Positions 17,450 to 26,939 of a DNA stretch of 64,000 bases are shown one piece after another (the stretch's first letter is position 1; each line of letters opens with the position of its first letter). The stretch is from Thermodesulfobacteriota bacterium. GTDB lineage: Bacteria; Desulfobacterota; Binatia; Bin18. Below the pieces are notes generated by a model. It was not told where the DNA came from, ran no database searches, and saw nothing but the letters and a program-made list of their open reading frames with translations. The translations under genes were made by a program, and so were the position numbers. The stretch covers positions 544,001 through 608,000 of the forward strand of contig OZ219926.1 in assembly GCA_964291405.2 (NCBI GenBank), read 5' to 3'.

Positions 17450-17821
17450 TTAGCCCATCTGTTTGTTAAACGATTCGAGATCAAAGTAATCGCGCCAGGC
17501 AGAGATCTTACCATCCGTAATTTCAAATATGCCCGCCACGGGTAAGGAGATCGTCTTTGGTCCCATGACAAAGATATCAACCCGCTCGTTCATCACCACG
17601 TTTCCCGATGAGGTGGTATATTTGATCTCGAACTGCGCGCTTTGCGCATTCTTTAAGAACGGCTCGGCAAAGGCGCGGATTGCGGCGTGGCCGACACAGG
17701 GCTCCATGGGGATATTGTGATAGAAGCAATCTTCGCTCAGATAGCCCAACAGTTCATCCACGTTCAGGTTTGACCAGGCGTTACAGAAATCCGTAACTAA
17801 TTTTTCGTTTTCTGCACTCAT
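17450..17821 (-). CDS. Limonene-1,2-epoxide hydrolase / SnoaL-like (NTF2 fold) protein
   Basis: YHNIP, VMNERVD and WRDYFD motifs of the LEH family. Confidence 0.88.
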   Translation of the reverse strand: MSAENEKLVTDFCNAWSNLNVDELLGYLSEDCFYHNIPMEPCVGHAAIRAFAEPFLKNAQSAQFEIKYTTSSGNVVMNERVDIFVMGPKTISLPVAGIFEITDGKISAWRDYFDLESFNKQMG

Positions 17822-17971
17822 AACAAGATCCTCCTTCGATATTGGTTGGACGCTGGGACCCCAGCTGCCCTGTTATTCCTATCGGAAATGGGCCATGCAT
17901 AGCAAGCCTCTATCTGATTCGGTCTTTCAGGTTCTGTTGACGCCCGAGCAAGCCTTGTTTACCCTGCACGG

Positions 17972-18499
17972 ATGGCTGACTTTTATCACCCTTTTGCTCC
18001 AACAGCAGACACACTTCGTGCCCGCCGGCCTGAAGTCAGCGAGATCCTCCCCAACCTCTTTGTTGGAGAATACCCGAGCGTTGAAGACATTTCGTGGCTC
18101 AGACAAACCTTCGGAATATCTGCTGTTTTAAGCCTCCAGGATGCCGAGGATCTCACCCTGAAGGAATTAGATATCACCGCCCTTCATAGCGCCTATCGTA
18201 CCAATCAGATGACATTCCTCCGAACGCCTGTGGCTGATTATAATTGTGACAGCTTGGCTGAAGCTCTGCCTCAGGCCCTTGAGTTACTCCAGACCAACCT
18301 CCAGAGTGGCAACCGGGTATTCCTCCACTGTAATGCCGGCTGCAATCGTGCCCCAACAGTTGCGATTGCCTATCTGCATGCTTATCACGCCATGTCACTC
18401 GAGGAAGCACGCGACTTTTTTAAGGCGCGTCGTCCCTGCGGCCCATATATGAACGTGCTGTATCGGTATTTTGGCCAAGAGACGGGGTACGAAAGCTAA
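17972..18499 (+). CDS. Dual-specificity phosphatase, laforin/SEX4-like
   Basis: P-loop HCNAGCNR (CX5R), upstream Asp in PVADY, N-terminal EILPNLFVG and LSLQ..ED. Confidence 0.85.
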   Translation: MADFYHPFAPTADTLRARRPEVSEILPNLFVGEYPSVEDISWLRQTFGISAVLSLQDAEDLTLKELDITALHSAYRTNQMTFLRTPVADYNCDSLAEALPQALELLQTNLQSGNRVFLHCNAGCNRAPTVAIAYLHAYHAMSLEEARDFFKARRPCGPYMNVLYRYFGQETGYES

Positions 18500-19641
18500 A
18501 AAAAGCTCGCAAAAACACTATCTGCCACCAGCAACCCCTTGGGGGTAAGTTTGACCTTTCCTGCACTCTGGGTCATGAGCCCTTCACTCATCATATCGGC
18601 CGCGTGCGGAAACTGCTCAAAGAAGGGTCGTCCAAACCGCCTCGCAAATCCACTCAAGGACATGCCATCCATCTGGCGGAGATTGAGAAAAAGAAACTCG
18701 CCACGCGCCTGCTCTTCGGTCAAGTGTTCGACATACTGGTCTGCCCGGCCCGCAGTGAGCGCCATCTCCATATAGGTCTTTGGATTCCGTATATTGCTCC
18801 AGCGTACTCCCCAGTCTGGCGTACACGAGAACGAATGCGCTCCAGCTCCCAGCCCGAGATAGGCCCCGCCCTGCCAATAGCGCAGGTTATGTTGAGATGC
18901 GTACCCAGGTCGGGCAAAGTTAGAGATTTCATACCGCTCGTAACCATGAGCGGCACAGGCCGCCTGGGCTTGGGAGTACATGGCGACCTCGGTCTCTTCA
19001 TCCACCGGTTGCAATACCCCTTTTTGGCGCATTGCATAAAATGGAGTGTTCTCCTCATAGGTCAAACCGTACATCGAGATATGCTCCGGTTCACAGCCAA
19101 AGGCCTGATTGAGGTCGCGCGTCAGCAAGTCCAGCGTCTGATTCGGTACGCCGAATATGAGGTCGATATTCAGATTGGAAAAGCCGGCTGCTCTGGCAAG
19201 CTCGATTGACCGCAGCGCCTCCTCTCCTGTATGGAGTCTGCCCAGCGTCCGCAGCACAGACGGCTCAAATGACTGGATGCCAAGACTCAGTCGGCTCATC
19301 CCGAGCGCCTGATATCCAGAGAGCGGGTCGAGCGAAACCGTAGCCGGGTCAGCTTCAAGAGACACCTCTAAGTCAGGAGCTAGCGGACAGTGCTCGGCAA
19401 CGCGGATGAGGAAACGCTCCAGCGATTCTGGCTGAAAGAGCGACGGTGTTCCGCCACCGAAATAGATTGTCTCAAGCGTTCCGCCTTGCCAGGGCGGAGT
19501 CTGCATATAGCAGGCAAACTCTTTGCACAGGGCGTCTATATAACGCGCCTCAGGCCAGCTCTGTGCGGCGTAGGCGTTAAAGTCACAGTAGGGGCATTTG
19601 CTGAGACAATAGGGAATATGAACGTAGAGAGAAAAGGGCAC
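18496..19641 (-). CDS. hemW: Radical SAM heme chaperone HemW
   Basis: LYVHIPYCLSKCPYCDFN, YFGGGTPS, YEISNF and HNLRYW motifs. Confidence 0.92.
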   Translation of the reverse strand: MPFSLYVHIPYCLSKCPYCDFNAYAAQSWPEARYIDALCKEFACYMQTPPWQGGTLETIYFGGGTPSLFQPESLERFLIRVAEHCPLAPDLEVSLEADPATVSLDPLSGYQALGMSRLSLGIQSFEPSVLRTLGRLHTGEEALRSIELARAAGFSNLNIDLIFGVPNQTLDLLTRDLNQAFGCEPEHISMYGLTYEENTPFYAMRQKGVLQPVDEETEVAMYSQAQAACAAHGYERYEISNFARPGYASQHNLRYWQGGAYLGLGAGAHSFSCTPDWGVRWSNIRNPKTYMEMALTAGRADQYVEHLTEEQARGEFLFLNLRQMDGMSLSGFARRFGRPFFEQFPHAADMMSEGLMTQSAGKVKLTPKGLLVADSVFASFF

Positions 19642-19650
19642 GGCTCAGCC

Positions 19651-20265
19651 TCACTTCCCATATTTTCTCAGGACGGCAACCACAATACCGCGTACTTCCA
19701 CCTCCTCTTCTCGCGCAAGAATCGGCTCCATGCTCGGGTTGGCGGGTTGGAGGCGAATCAGGCCATCGGCTTGTCGATGGAATTTCTTGACGGTCGCCTC
19801 CCCCTTGACCAGCGCGACAACAGTCTCCCCATTGTCCGCGCTGGGGCGTGGCTCGACAACGATAAAATCACCATCGAGAATGCCCTCGCCAACCATCGAT
19901 GCGCCCTGGACACGGAGCGTAAACGCGGTGTGTGGTCGACGGACGAAATCAACGGGCACCGCAAGTCTCGCCTCGGTTTCCAAGGCCTCAATGGGCGAGC
20001 CCGCCGCCACTTCTCCCAGCAGCGGTAGCTCAACGGCTTCGACTGACTTCTCAGGTGGCGTGAGTTCAATGGCTCGGCTCAGGTTCCACGTTCTGGTAAT
20101 CAGACCTTTGCGTTCGATATTCCTCAAATGTTTATGGACTGTTGCCAGCGAGGAGAGGCCGAAGTGAGCACCAATTTCCTCAAGGGTTGGGGCATAACCA
20201 TGTTCTTCAACATAGGCGGCCAGATAGTCCCAGATTTCTTTTTGTCTTCGGGTCAGCGTCATCAT
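19651..20265 (-). CDS. lexA: Transcriptional repressor LexA
   Basis: N-terminal wHTH (LTRRQ..PTLEEI..SSLATVHKHL), AAG cleavage site, catalytic Ser in GASM and Lys in ATVKK. Confidence 0.96.
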   Translation of the reverse strand: MMTLTRRQKEIWDYLAAYVEEHGYAPTLEEIGAHFGLSSLATVHKHLRNIERKGLITRTWNLSRAIELTPPEKSVEAVELPLLGEVAAGSPIEALETEARLAVPVDFVRRPHTAFTLRVQGASMVGEGILDGDFIVVEPRPSADNGETVVALVKGEATVKKFHRQADGLIRLQPANPSMEPILAREEEVEVRGIVVAVLRKYGK

Positions 20266-20290
20266 GTCCTCTTGTCAGCGTTATGTCAGC

Positions 20291-20305
20291 GAACAGAAGG
20301 CGAAT
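20291..20305. promoter_or_regulatory. Candidate SOS box (GAAC-N7-GAAT)
   Basis: GAAC-AGAAGGC-GAAT lies 25 bp upstream of lexA and has one mismatch to the GTTC-N7-GTTC type operator. Confidence 0.5.
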
Positions 20306-20408
20306 CAAGCTGGCCGGCGACACGCCGTCTCCCTCTCGGTCTGTTTCCATTGTCAAATCCAAGTTTTAGTGATAGGGGCTGCGTGGGATACTGAGTGAAA
20401 CGAGTCAC

Positions 20409-20951
20409 GTGATGCGATATGTTGTTCTGATACTCGTCAACCTGTTTTTTCTTATTCAGCCACTCTCCTCCGGCTTTGCCAATGAACCCTTAAAAGAAAG
20501 TCTGGAAGAATTTATAGCCGGCGTCCAAAAGGTCATAGAGCAGACGGACCCTGTTTTTCGAGACAGCATCTTGCTTCAGTGGGCAAAGCTCACCTTTGGT
20601 ATACGGCATATGACCTATATTGTGGACACCCGCGATCCGGAAAAAACTCTCGGTATCGTCACTTTTACCTGCAAAGTGACACAGAGCGACTTTTTTGAGA
20701 CCAAGGAAGAAGCTGAACAGGCGCCCATCAAGAATATGATTCCACGCCTTATCCCATGTCGGGCAACTTATGAGTGGAAAGCAGATAGGTGGGAGTATAC
20801 TGGTGGGGCAACCTATATCCGCGGTGGCGACTGGAAGCCCATCCCCACCGATAAACCCGACGCCTTTCCCCAGCTCTACTTCAACCTGATGAAAGGTCCG
20901 CCTACCAGCTCGCTGAGTCTCCCGAGTACGCAAGAAGAGGCCTCGTCTTAA
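20409..20951 (+). CDS. Hypothetical exported protein
   Basis: Signal-peptide-like N-terminus MRYVVLILVNLFFLIQPLSSGFA. No family recognised. Confidence 0.65.
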   Translation: MMRYVVLILVNLFFLIQPLSSGFANEPLKESLEEFIAGVQKVIEQTDPVFRDSILLQWAKLTFGIRHMTYIVDTRDPEKTLGIVTFTCKVTQSDFFETKEEAEQAPIKNMIPRLIPCRATYEWKADRWEYTGGATYIRGGDWKPIPTDKPDAFPQLYFNLMKGPPTSSLSLPSTQEEASS

Positions 20952-21026
20952 TTTCGGGAACTGTTTGCGGATGACGAACGCGCTTGCGCAGGGCATGGGG
21001 CGCCATACCTCCAAGAGAATGCGCTG

Positions 21027-22007
21027 ATGGCTCACCCCCCGAGTTCTTTCTCATCGTCTCACCAACAGAGTGTCCCGCTTCGAGCCGGTGTGGTTGGGGT
21101 GGGCTATCTGGGACGCTTTCATGCCCAAAAATATGAACGTTTGGAGGGTGTCGATTTAGTTGGCGTTGTCGATACCAATGCCGCGCGAGCTGAAGAAGTC
21201 GCCCAGGAGTGTCAGACCTCAGCCCAGACCGACTATCGCACGCTGTTTGGAAATGTAGACTGCGTAAGCATCGCCGTACCAACCCAACTACACGCCACAG
21301 TCGCCCATGATTTCCTCGTGCAGGGTATTGACGTCCTCGTTGAAAAACCCCTCACGGCAACCGGCGCCGAAGGCCGTCGCCTCGTTGACCTCGCGCATGA
21401 GCACGGCTGCATACTCCAAGTCGGACATTTGGAACGCTTTAATCCTGCACTCCGGTCGTTGACTGGCATATTAACCTTACCACGCTTTATTGAGTGTCAT
21501 CGCGTCGCGCCCTTTATTGAGCGCGGGACAGATGTTGATGTGGTGCGGGATTTAATGATTCATGATTTGGACGTGATTCTCAGCCTGGTCCGTTCACCGG
21601 TTGTATCCCGCGAGGCGTTTGGCGTACCCGTCCTGACGGACGACCCGGATATCGCGAATGTCCGCCTGCGGTTTGCTTCAGGCTGCATCGCGAATATTAC
21701 TGCCAGCCGGGTGGCACTCAAGCGAGAACGGAAGATGCGCGTTTTCCAGCCCGACACCTATCTTGTTGTGGATTATGGTGCGCATACCATACGCATTTGT
21801 CGCCGCGAGCCGGCAGCAAACGAGACAGCTATGCCCAACCTCTCTTTTGAAGAGCGTACGGTAGGGGGCGAAGACGCGCTGGAAGAAGAAATCAGAGCGT
21901 TTCTCCGTTCCGTGCAGGACCGCAGCACACCGCTTGTCAGTGGCCTGGACGGTCTCCAAGCCCTGGAAGAGGCCGAGCGCATTGTTGAAAGCTTGGAGAT
22001 TCCCTAG
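21027..22007 (+). CDS. Gfo/Idh/MocA oxidoreductase, GnnA-like (UDP-GlcNAc 3-dehydrogenase candidate)
   Basis: GVVGVGYLGRFHA, VLVEKP, QVGHLERFNP and DLMIHD motifs. Directly upstream of lpxB. Confidence 0.85.
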   Translation: MAHPPSSFSSSHQQSVPLRAGVVGVGYLGRFHAQKYERLEGVDLVGVVDTNAARAEEVAQECQTSAQTDYRTLFGNVDCVSIAVPTQLHATVAHDFLVQGIDVLVEKPLTATGAEGRRLVDLAHEHGCILQVGHLERFNPALRSLTGILTLPRFIECHRVAPFIERGTDVDVVRDLMIHDLDVILSLVRSPVVSREAFGVPVLTDDPDIANVRLRFASGCIANITASRVALKRERKMRVFQPDTYLVVDYGAHTIRICRREPAANETAMPNLSFEERTVGGEDALEEEIRAFLRSVQDRSTPLVSGLDGLQALEEAERIVESLEIP

Positions 22008-23152
22008 TGCGGATTCTGCTCGTTGCTGGGGAAGCTTCAGGTGACGTGCACGGAGCCGATCTTGCCTTAGCCCTGAAGGCACAGCAACCGCAGCTTGACA
22101 TCTTTGGGGTGGGTGGACCTGCTCTGCGGGCGGCTGGTATGCAGACCCTGGTCGATTCGGCCGCCATCGCCGGCATGGGCCTATTCGAGGCAGCCGATAA
22201 GCTCACCGCCCTGTTACGAACCTATCGTGAACTGACCCAAATCCTGCGCACACATCCCCCGGATTTGCTGGTGCTGATTGATTTTCCAGAGTTTAATTTG
22301 CGGCTGGCAAAAGTCGCCAAGCGGGTCAACGTCCCCGTCTTTTACTATATTAGCCCTCAGGTCTGGGCTTGGCGGAGGAAGCGGGTCTACACGATTGCTA
22401 AGTGGGTGGACCTACTTGCCGCCGTGTTTCCGTTTGAGCCAGACTTTTATACCGCACATGGCTGCTCGGTTGAATTTGTTGGTCATCCGCTGGTCGGTCG
22501 CGTCCGGCCAACCCGTTCTCGAGCCGACACTCTGCGTCACTACCACCTCGATCCGGCTCGCAAGACGATTGTCCTGCTGCCGGGCAGTCGAACGCAAGAG
22601 ATACGCTATTTGCTCCCCCCGCTCCTTCACGCAACAACCGCTCTGGGAGATACGTATCAATTTATTCTCGCCGTCGCCTCAACGCTTGACCTCGACCAAA
22701 TCGAAACAATGGTCCGCTCCCACTCGGCCGCCATTCAGATTGTCCAAGGGGATACCTATAACGTCGCGCATGCCGCCGACCTCGCCATCGTGGCCTCTGG
22801 CACTGCTACGCTGGAGATGGCCCTGCTCGAACGGCCCATGGTGATTGTGTATCGTCTGGCTCCAGTGACCTATGCCCTGGCTCGTTTGTTTGTCCACGTC
22901 CCCTTCATTGGTATGCCCAATCTCATTGCCGAGCGTCAGGTTGTGCCCGAGTTGATTCAAAGTGCCGTCACACCAGAGCGGATTGCCGCGGAGGCGCGGC
23001 GGTTGCTAACCGATGCCCAGGCATATAGCGTTGCCCAAGAAGGGTTACGGGAGGTACGGACCAAGCTCGGGGAGCCTGGAGCCGCCAAACGTGCGGCGGA
23101 CTTGATTTTCAATTTGTTGGCCAAGCGCTCATTGAGTCTCGCGGAGTTATGA
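22007..23152 (+). CDS. lpxB: Lipid-A-disaccharide synthase
   Basis: AGEASGD, IDFPEFN, SPQVWAWR, VGHPL, LPGSR and SGTATLE motifs. Confidence 0.97.
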   Translation: MRILLVAGEASGDVHGADLALALKAQQPQLDIFGVGGPALRAAGMQTLVDSAAIAGMGLFEAADKLTALLRTYRELTQILRTHPPDLLVLIDFPEFNLRLAKVAKRVNVPVFYYISPQVWAWRRKRVYTIAKWVDLLAAVFPFEPDFYTAHGCSVEFVGHPLVGRVRPTRSRADTLRHYHLDPARKTIVLLPGSRTQEIRYLLPPLLHATTALGDTYQFILAVASTLDLDQIETMVRSHSAAIQIVQGDTYNVAHAADLAIVASGTATLEMALLERPMVIVYRLAPVTYALARLFVHVPFIGMPNLIAERQVVPELIQSAVTPERIAAEARRLLTDAQAYSVAQEGLREVRTKLGEPGAAKRAADLIFNLLAKRSLSLAEL

Positions 23153-24888
23153 CTGTTTACCGGCGTCTGCTGTTGTATTTGCGACCATACCTCTACCGTG
23201 CGTTTCTTCCCGCAGTCGTGTGCATGGTCTTGTTCAGTGCCACAAACGGCGTATTGCCCTTTCTGGTCGAACACGTGTTTGACGATATTTTTGCCGACAA
23301 GAATCTCTCTGCCCTCAAGACCCTTCCTCTCATTATTATCCTGACCTTCAGTTTTCGGAGTGTGTGTAATTTTGGTCATATCTATCTGATGGAATACGTA
23401 GGCCAACGGATCGTTGAAGATTTACGCAATACCCTGAATGCCCATCTTCAATCGCTCTCGCTGTCTTTTTTTCAGCGCCACCCAACGGGCACCCTGATAT
23501 CGCGGGTAACGAATGACACCCTGCTCGTCCGCCAGGCGCTCACCCAGGCCACGGCCTCAATGATGCGAGATGCAACGACGCTGATGGTCCTGGTGACGGT
23601 GGCGTTTATCAAGGATTGGGTTCTCGCCAGTATCGCCTTCATTGCCTTTCCCGCAACCATCCTGCCGCTCATGCGGATCTATCAGAAGGTCCGTCGTTTG
23701 AGTCGCAAAGGCCAAGGCTCACTCGGGTATTTGTCCGCATTGTTGCAAGAAACCATCCAGGGGACGCGCGTGGTCAAAGCCTTTGGCATGGAAGGCTATG
23801 AACGACAGCGCTTTGCCGCCGAAAATCACAGGCTGTACAAGCATGCCATTCGGGCCGGACGACTCAAGGCATTCGTGCCTTCCATGGTCGAACTCCTGGC
23901 AGCCTGCGGCATTGCCGGGGTTGTCTGGTATGGCGGGCTGAGCGTTATTGAGGGGGAACGCACCCAGGGTGAATTTGTGGCGTTTCTGACGGCCATGCTG
24001 CTGATCTATCAGCCCTTCAAGCATCTTACCCGAACGCAGACCGCGGTGCAGAACGGATTGGCTGGGGCAGAACGGTTGTTCGAGGTCTTGGACGAGGGCA
24101 GCGATGTTCAAGACCGGTCGCAGGCGCACAGCCTGTCACGATTCAGGCAGCGTATCCAGTTCCACGATGTCTCCTTTCGCTATCAAGAGGAGTTGGTCTT
24201 ACGACATATCAACCTCACAATAGACACAGGGCAGGTCGTGGCCTTAGTCGGCCCCAGTGGAGGCGGCAAGAGTACCCTGGCCGATTTAATTCCGCGCTTC
24301 TACGATGTCAGTGAAGGACAGATTACTGTAGACGGAACAGATCTGCGCGACCTGACTCTCGCCTCATTGCGCTCCCAGATTGCCGTGGTCACCCAATCCA
24401 CTTTTTTGTTTAATGACACCGTACGCAATAATATTGCCTACGGTATGCCGCAACGGCCAGAGGAGGAGATTATTGCCGCGGCCAAGGCCGCCCATGCCCA
24501 TGACTTCATCATGGCGCTCCCGGAGGGATATGCGACCCAGATTGGCGAGCTTGGGGTGCTGCTGTCCGGAGGTCAACGCCAACGGCTCGCTATTGCACGG
24601 GCGCTCTTGAAAAACGCACCCATGTTGATCCTTGATGAGGCGACCTCTTCCCTTGATAACGAATCAGAGCGCCTGGTCCAAGACGCCATCGGCCGCCTGA
24701 TGGTTGGGCGGACCGTGCTTGTGATTGCCCATCGCTTATCAACTATTCAGAAGGCCGACCGGATTGTGGTCTTAGACAACGGACGCATCATGGAAGAAGG
24801 GCCGCATGAGGAACTTTTGGCGCACAACACCCACTACCGACGTCTGTATGAGCTCCAGTTTCGCGCCGAGCCGCGTTCGGCTGCTTGA
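23149..24888 (+). CDS. msbA: Lipid A export ABC transporter MsbA
   Basis: TMD-NBD fusion with GPSGGGKS, LSGGQRQR and ILDEATS motifs. Follows lpxB. Confidence 0.92.
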   Translation: MTVYRRLLLYLRPYLYRAFLPAVVCMVLFSATNGVLPFLVEHVFDDIFADKNLSALKTLPLIIILTFSFRSVCNFGHIYLMEYVGQRIVEDLRNTLNAHLQSLSLSFFQRHPTGTLISRVTNDTLLVRQALTQATASMMRDATTLMVLVTVAFIKDWVLASIAFIAFPATILPLMRIYQKVRRLSRKGQGSLGYLSALLQETIQGTRVVKAFGMEGYERQRFAAENHRLYKHAIRAGRLKAFVPSMVELLAACGIAGVVWYGGLSVIEGERTQGEFVAFLTAMLLIYQPFKHLTRTQTAVQNGLAGAERLFEVLDEGSDVQDRSQAHSLSRFRQRIQFHDVSFRYQEELVLRHINLTIDTGQVVALVGPSGGGKSTLADLIPRFYDVSEGQITVDGTDLRDLTLASLRSQIAVVTQSTFLFNDTVRNNIAYGMPQRPEEEIIAAAKAAHAHDFIMALPEGYATQIGELGVLLSGGQRQRLAIARALLKNAPMLILDEATSSLDNESERLVQDAIGRLMVGRTVLVIAHRLSTIQKADRIVVLDNGRIMEEGPHEELLAHNTHYRRLYELQFRAEPRSAA

Positions 24889-25631
24889 CACCTATGTTCA
24901 ATTCAACTCAATCTCCCGCTGACCCTGCCATGGCTGACTCTTTACCCCATCCGTTCAGCCGACAGCCACACTTCCCATTCAGCGAAGAGCTCAAAATTCG
25001 TCTCTGGGCAGGTCTCACCTTTGCTCTGCTGTGGTTACTCAAGGTGACGACCAGGAAATGTTATGTCGGTGTAGACGATTTGTTCGCACGCTGGGAACGG
25101 GGCGAACAGGTCATCCTGGCCTTTTGGCATAGCCGTATCGTGCTAATGCGCTTTGGCTATCGCGGCTCAAAGGCCTGTATCATGAATAGTATCCACCGTG
25201 ACGGAGAAATTATCACTCGTGTGCTCAAACGCTTCGGTATTGCTGCGGTCCGAGGATCGTCTTCTCGCGGTTGGGTCAGCGGACTCAAAGGTCTGATCGA
25301 GGCGTATCGACTCGGTTACGATCTTATCGTTGTTCCAGATGGACCCCGTGGACCTTGCCAGCAGGCCAAATCCGGCGTACTCCAGCTTGCCCGCACCACC
25401 GGCGCTCCTGTATACCCGACCGCATATAGTGCGGCGTGGCATATCAGAATTGGGAGTTGGGATCGTCTCATGATCCCCTTCCCTTTTAGTCGAGTCGTCT
25501 ACGTGGTGGGGTCGCCTATCTCCGTTCCAGCAGAGACGACCCCCGCGCAACTGGAACAGAAGCGGCAAGAACTGGAAGAGCGTTTACGGACCATCACCGG
25601 GCAGGCCGACACGTATTTCGCACACTCATGA
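24885..25631 (+). CDS. DUF374 lysophospholipid acyltransferase family protein (LpxJ-like)
   Basis: AFWH, S.HRDGE, RGSSSRG, PDGPRGP and SWDRL..P.PF motifs. Confidence 0.88.
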   Translation: MTPMFNSTQSPADPAMADSLPHPFSRQPHFPFSEELKIRLWAGLTFALLWLLKVTTRKCYVGVDDLFARWERGEQVILAFWHSRIVLMRFGYRGSKACIMNSIHRDGEIITRVLKRFGIAAVRGSSSRGWVSGLKGLIEAYRLGYDLIVVPDGPRGPCQQAKSGVLQLARTTGAPVYPTAYSAAWHIRIGSWDRLMIPFPFSRVVYVVGSPISVPAETTPAQLEQKRQELEERLRTITGQADTYFAHS

Positions 25632-26932
25632 GTCTCGCGGTCTATAATGTTCTTTTGACGGCGTTCATTGTTATCGCTTTTCCCTTTGCGGTTATAGCGC
25701 TCATTCTGAGGCCACGCTATCGTATCGGCCTGGGGCAACGCCTCGGTCGGCTACCCTCGGACGTTATCCAGCTGACACGGGATACAGCACCGTTCTGGCT
25801 CCACGCTCCCTCTGTTGGTGAGCTCCTCGCCACTCGGCCCTTCTTATACGCGCTGAAGGAGCGCTTTCCAGACACACCGCTTGTAGTCTCAGTGCAAACC
25901 ACGACGGCCTATCAAACCGCAATCGAACGGTGTCCCGAAGCAGATGGGGTGTTCTATTTCCCACTCGACTATCCGCTTGTGAGTCGTCGCGTCCTCAAAC
26001 GGATCGGACCACAGGTATTCTTTTTCACCGAGACGGAAATGTGGCCAAATATGTTAGCGAGCCTTGCACGCCAACGTATACCGGCCCTCCTGGTGAGCGG
26101 CCGCTTCTCCAGACGCGCACAACAGCGCTATGGCCTGCTCTCCCCCGTCTTTCGTCCAATCTTGCAGAGCATTACCGCATGTTGCATGCAGACCCAGGAA
26201 GATACGCACCGCCTTATTGCCGCTGGCGCAAATGCTCAACGTGTGCAGGTGACAGGAAATTTCAAGGTTGACGGAGTGAATGGCGGTGGAGACGCAGGCA
26301 GGACAATTTTAGCCCAGGCAGGTTTGGGCGACCGTCCACTACTTATTGGCGCAAGCACCCATGATTCCGAAGAGGCAGTCCTCCTCCAAGCCGTTCGGGA
26401 GCTTCGAGGTGAGCTGCCCTACCTTCTGTTACTTCTTGCTCCCCGGCATCCCGAACGATTTTCTTCAGTCGAGGCTTTATTACAACGGCAGGACTGGCGC
26501 TATATCAAACGTAGTGCGTGCTCTGCGCCGTCCCCCCCTGACACCGAAGTGTTTCTCTTGGATACACTTGGAGAGCTTGTCAGTTTCTATGCTGCGGCTT
26601 CCCTCGTCTTTGTTGGTGGCAGTCTGATTCGAGGTCCTGGCGGGCATAGTATGATTGAACCGGCTCTTGCCGGAGTCCCGGTCTGTTTTGGTCCGTATAC
26701 GCATAATTTTTCGTCGATTGTCGCAGATCTGAAAAAAACCCAGGGAGGAATTGAAATTTACGACGCGCACAGTTTATATGACGCCGCTCTGCCGTTGCTG
26801 ACCGATGCCGACTTACGACAAAAAACAGGAGCGCTGGCGCGTAAAACCATCGAGCAGCAACAAGGCGCGGTTGAGCGCACCTTAGACGTTGTCCTTCAGC
26901 ACTGTCCGACCCGCGCTCCTTCCCATCCCTAG
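25628..26932 (+). CDS. waaA: 3-deoxy-D-manno-octulosonic acid (Kdo) transferase
   Basis: WLHAPSVGE, FPLD, ETEMWPN, ASTH, APRHPER and GGH..IEP motifs. Confidence 0.95.
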   Translation: MSLAVYNVLLTAFIVIAFPFAVIALILRPRYRIGLGQRLGRLPSDVIQLTRDTAPFWLHAPSVGELLATRPFLYALKERFPDTPLVVSVQTTTAYQTAIERCPEADGVFYFPLDYPLVSRRVLKRIGPQVFFFTETEMWPNMLASLARQRIPALLVSGRFSRRAQQRYGLLSPVFRPILQSITACCMQTQEDTHRLIAAGANAQRVQVTGNFKVDGVNGGGDAGRTILAQAGLGDRPLLIGASTHDSEEAVLLQAVRELRGELPYLLLLLAPRHPERFSSVEALLQRQDWRYIKRSACSAPSPPDTEVFLLDTLGELVSFYAAASLVFVGGSLIRGPGGHSMIEPALAGVPVCFGPYTHNFSSIVADLKKTQGGIEIYDAHSLYDAALPLLTDADLRQKTGALARKTIEQQQGAVERTLDVVLQHCPTRAPSHP

Positions 26933-26939
26933 CCTGCGT

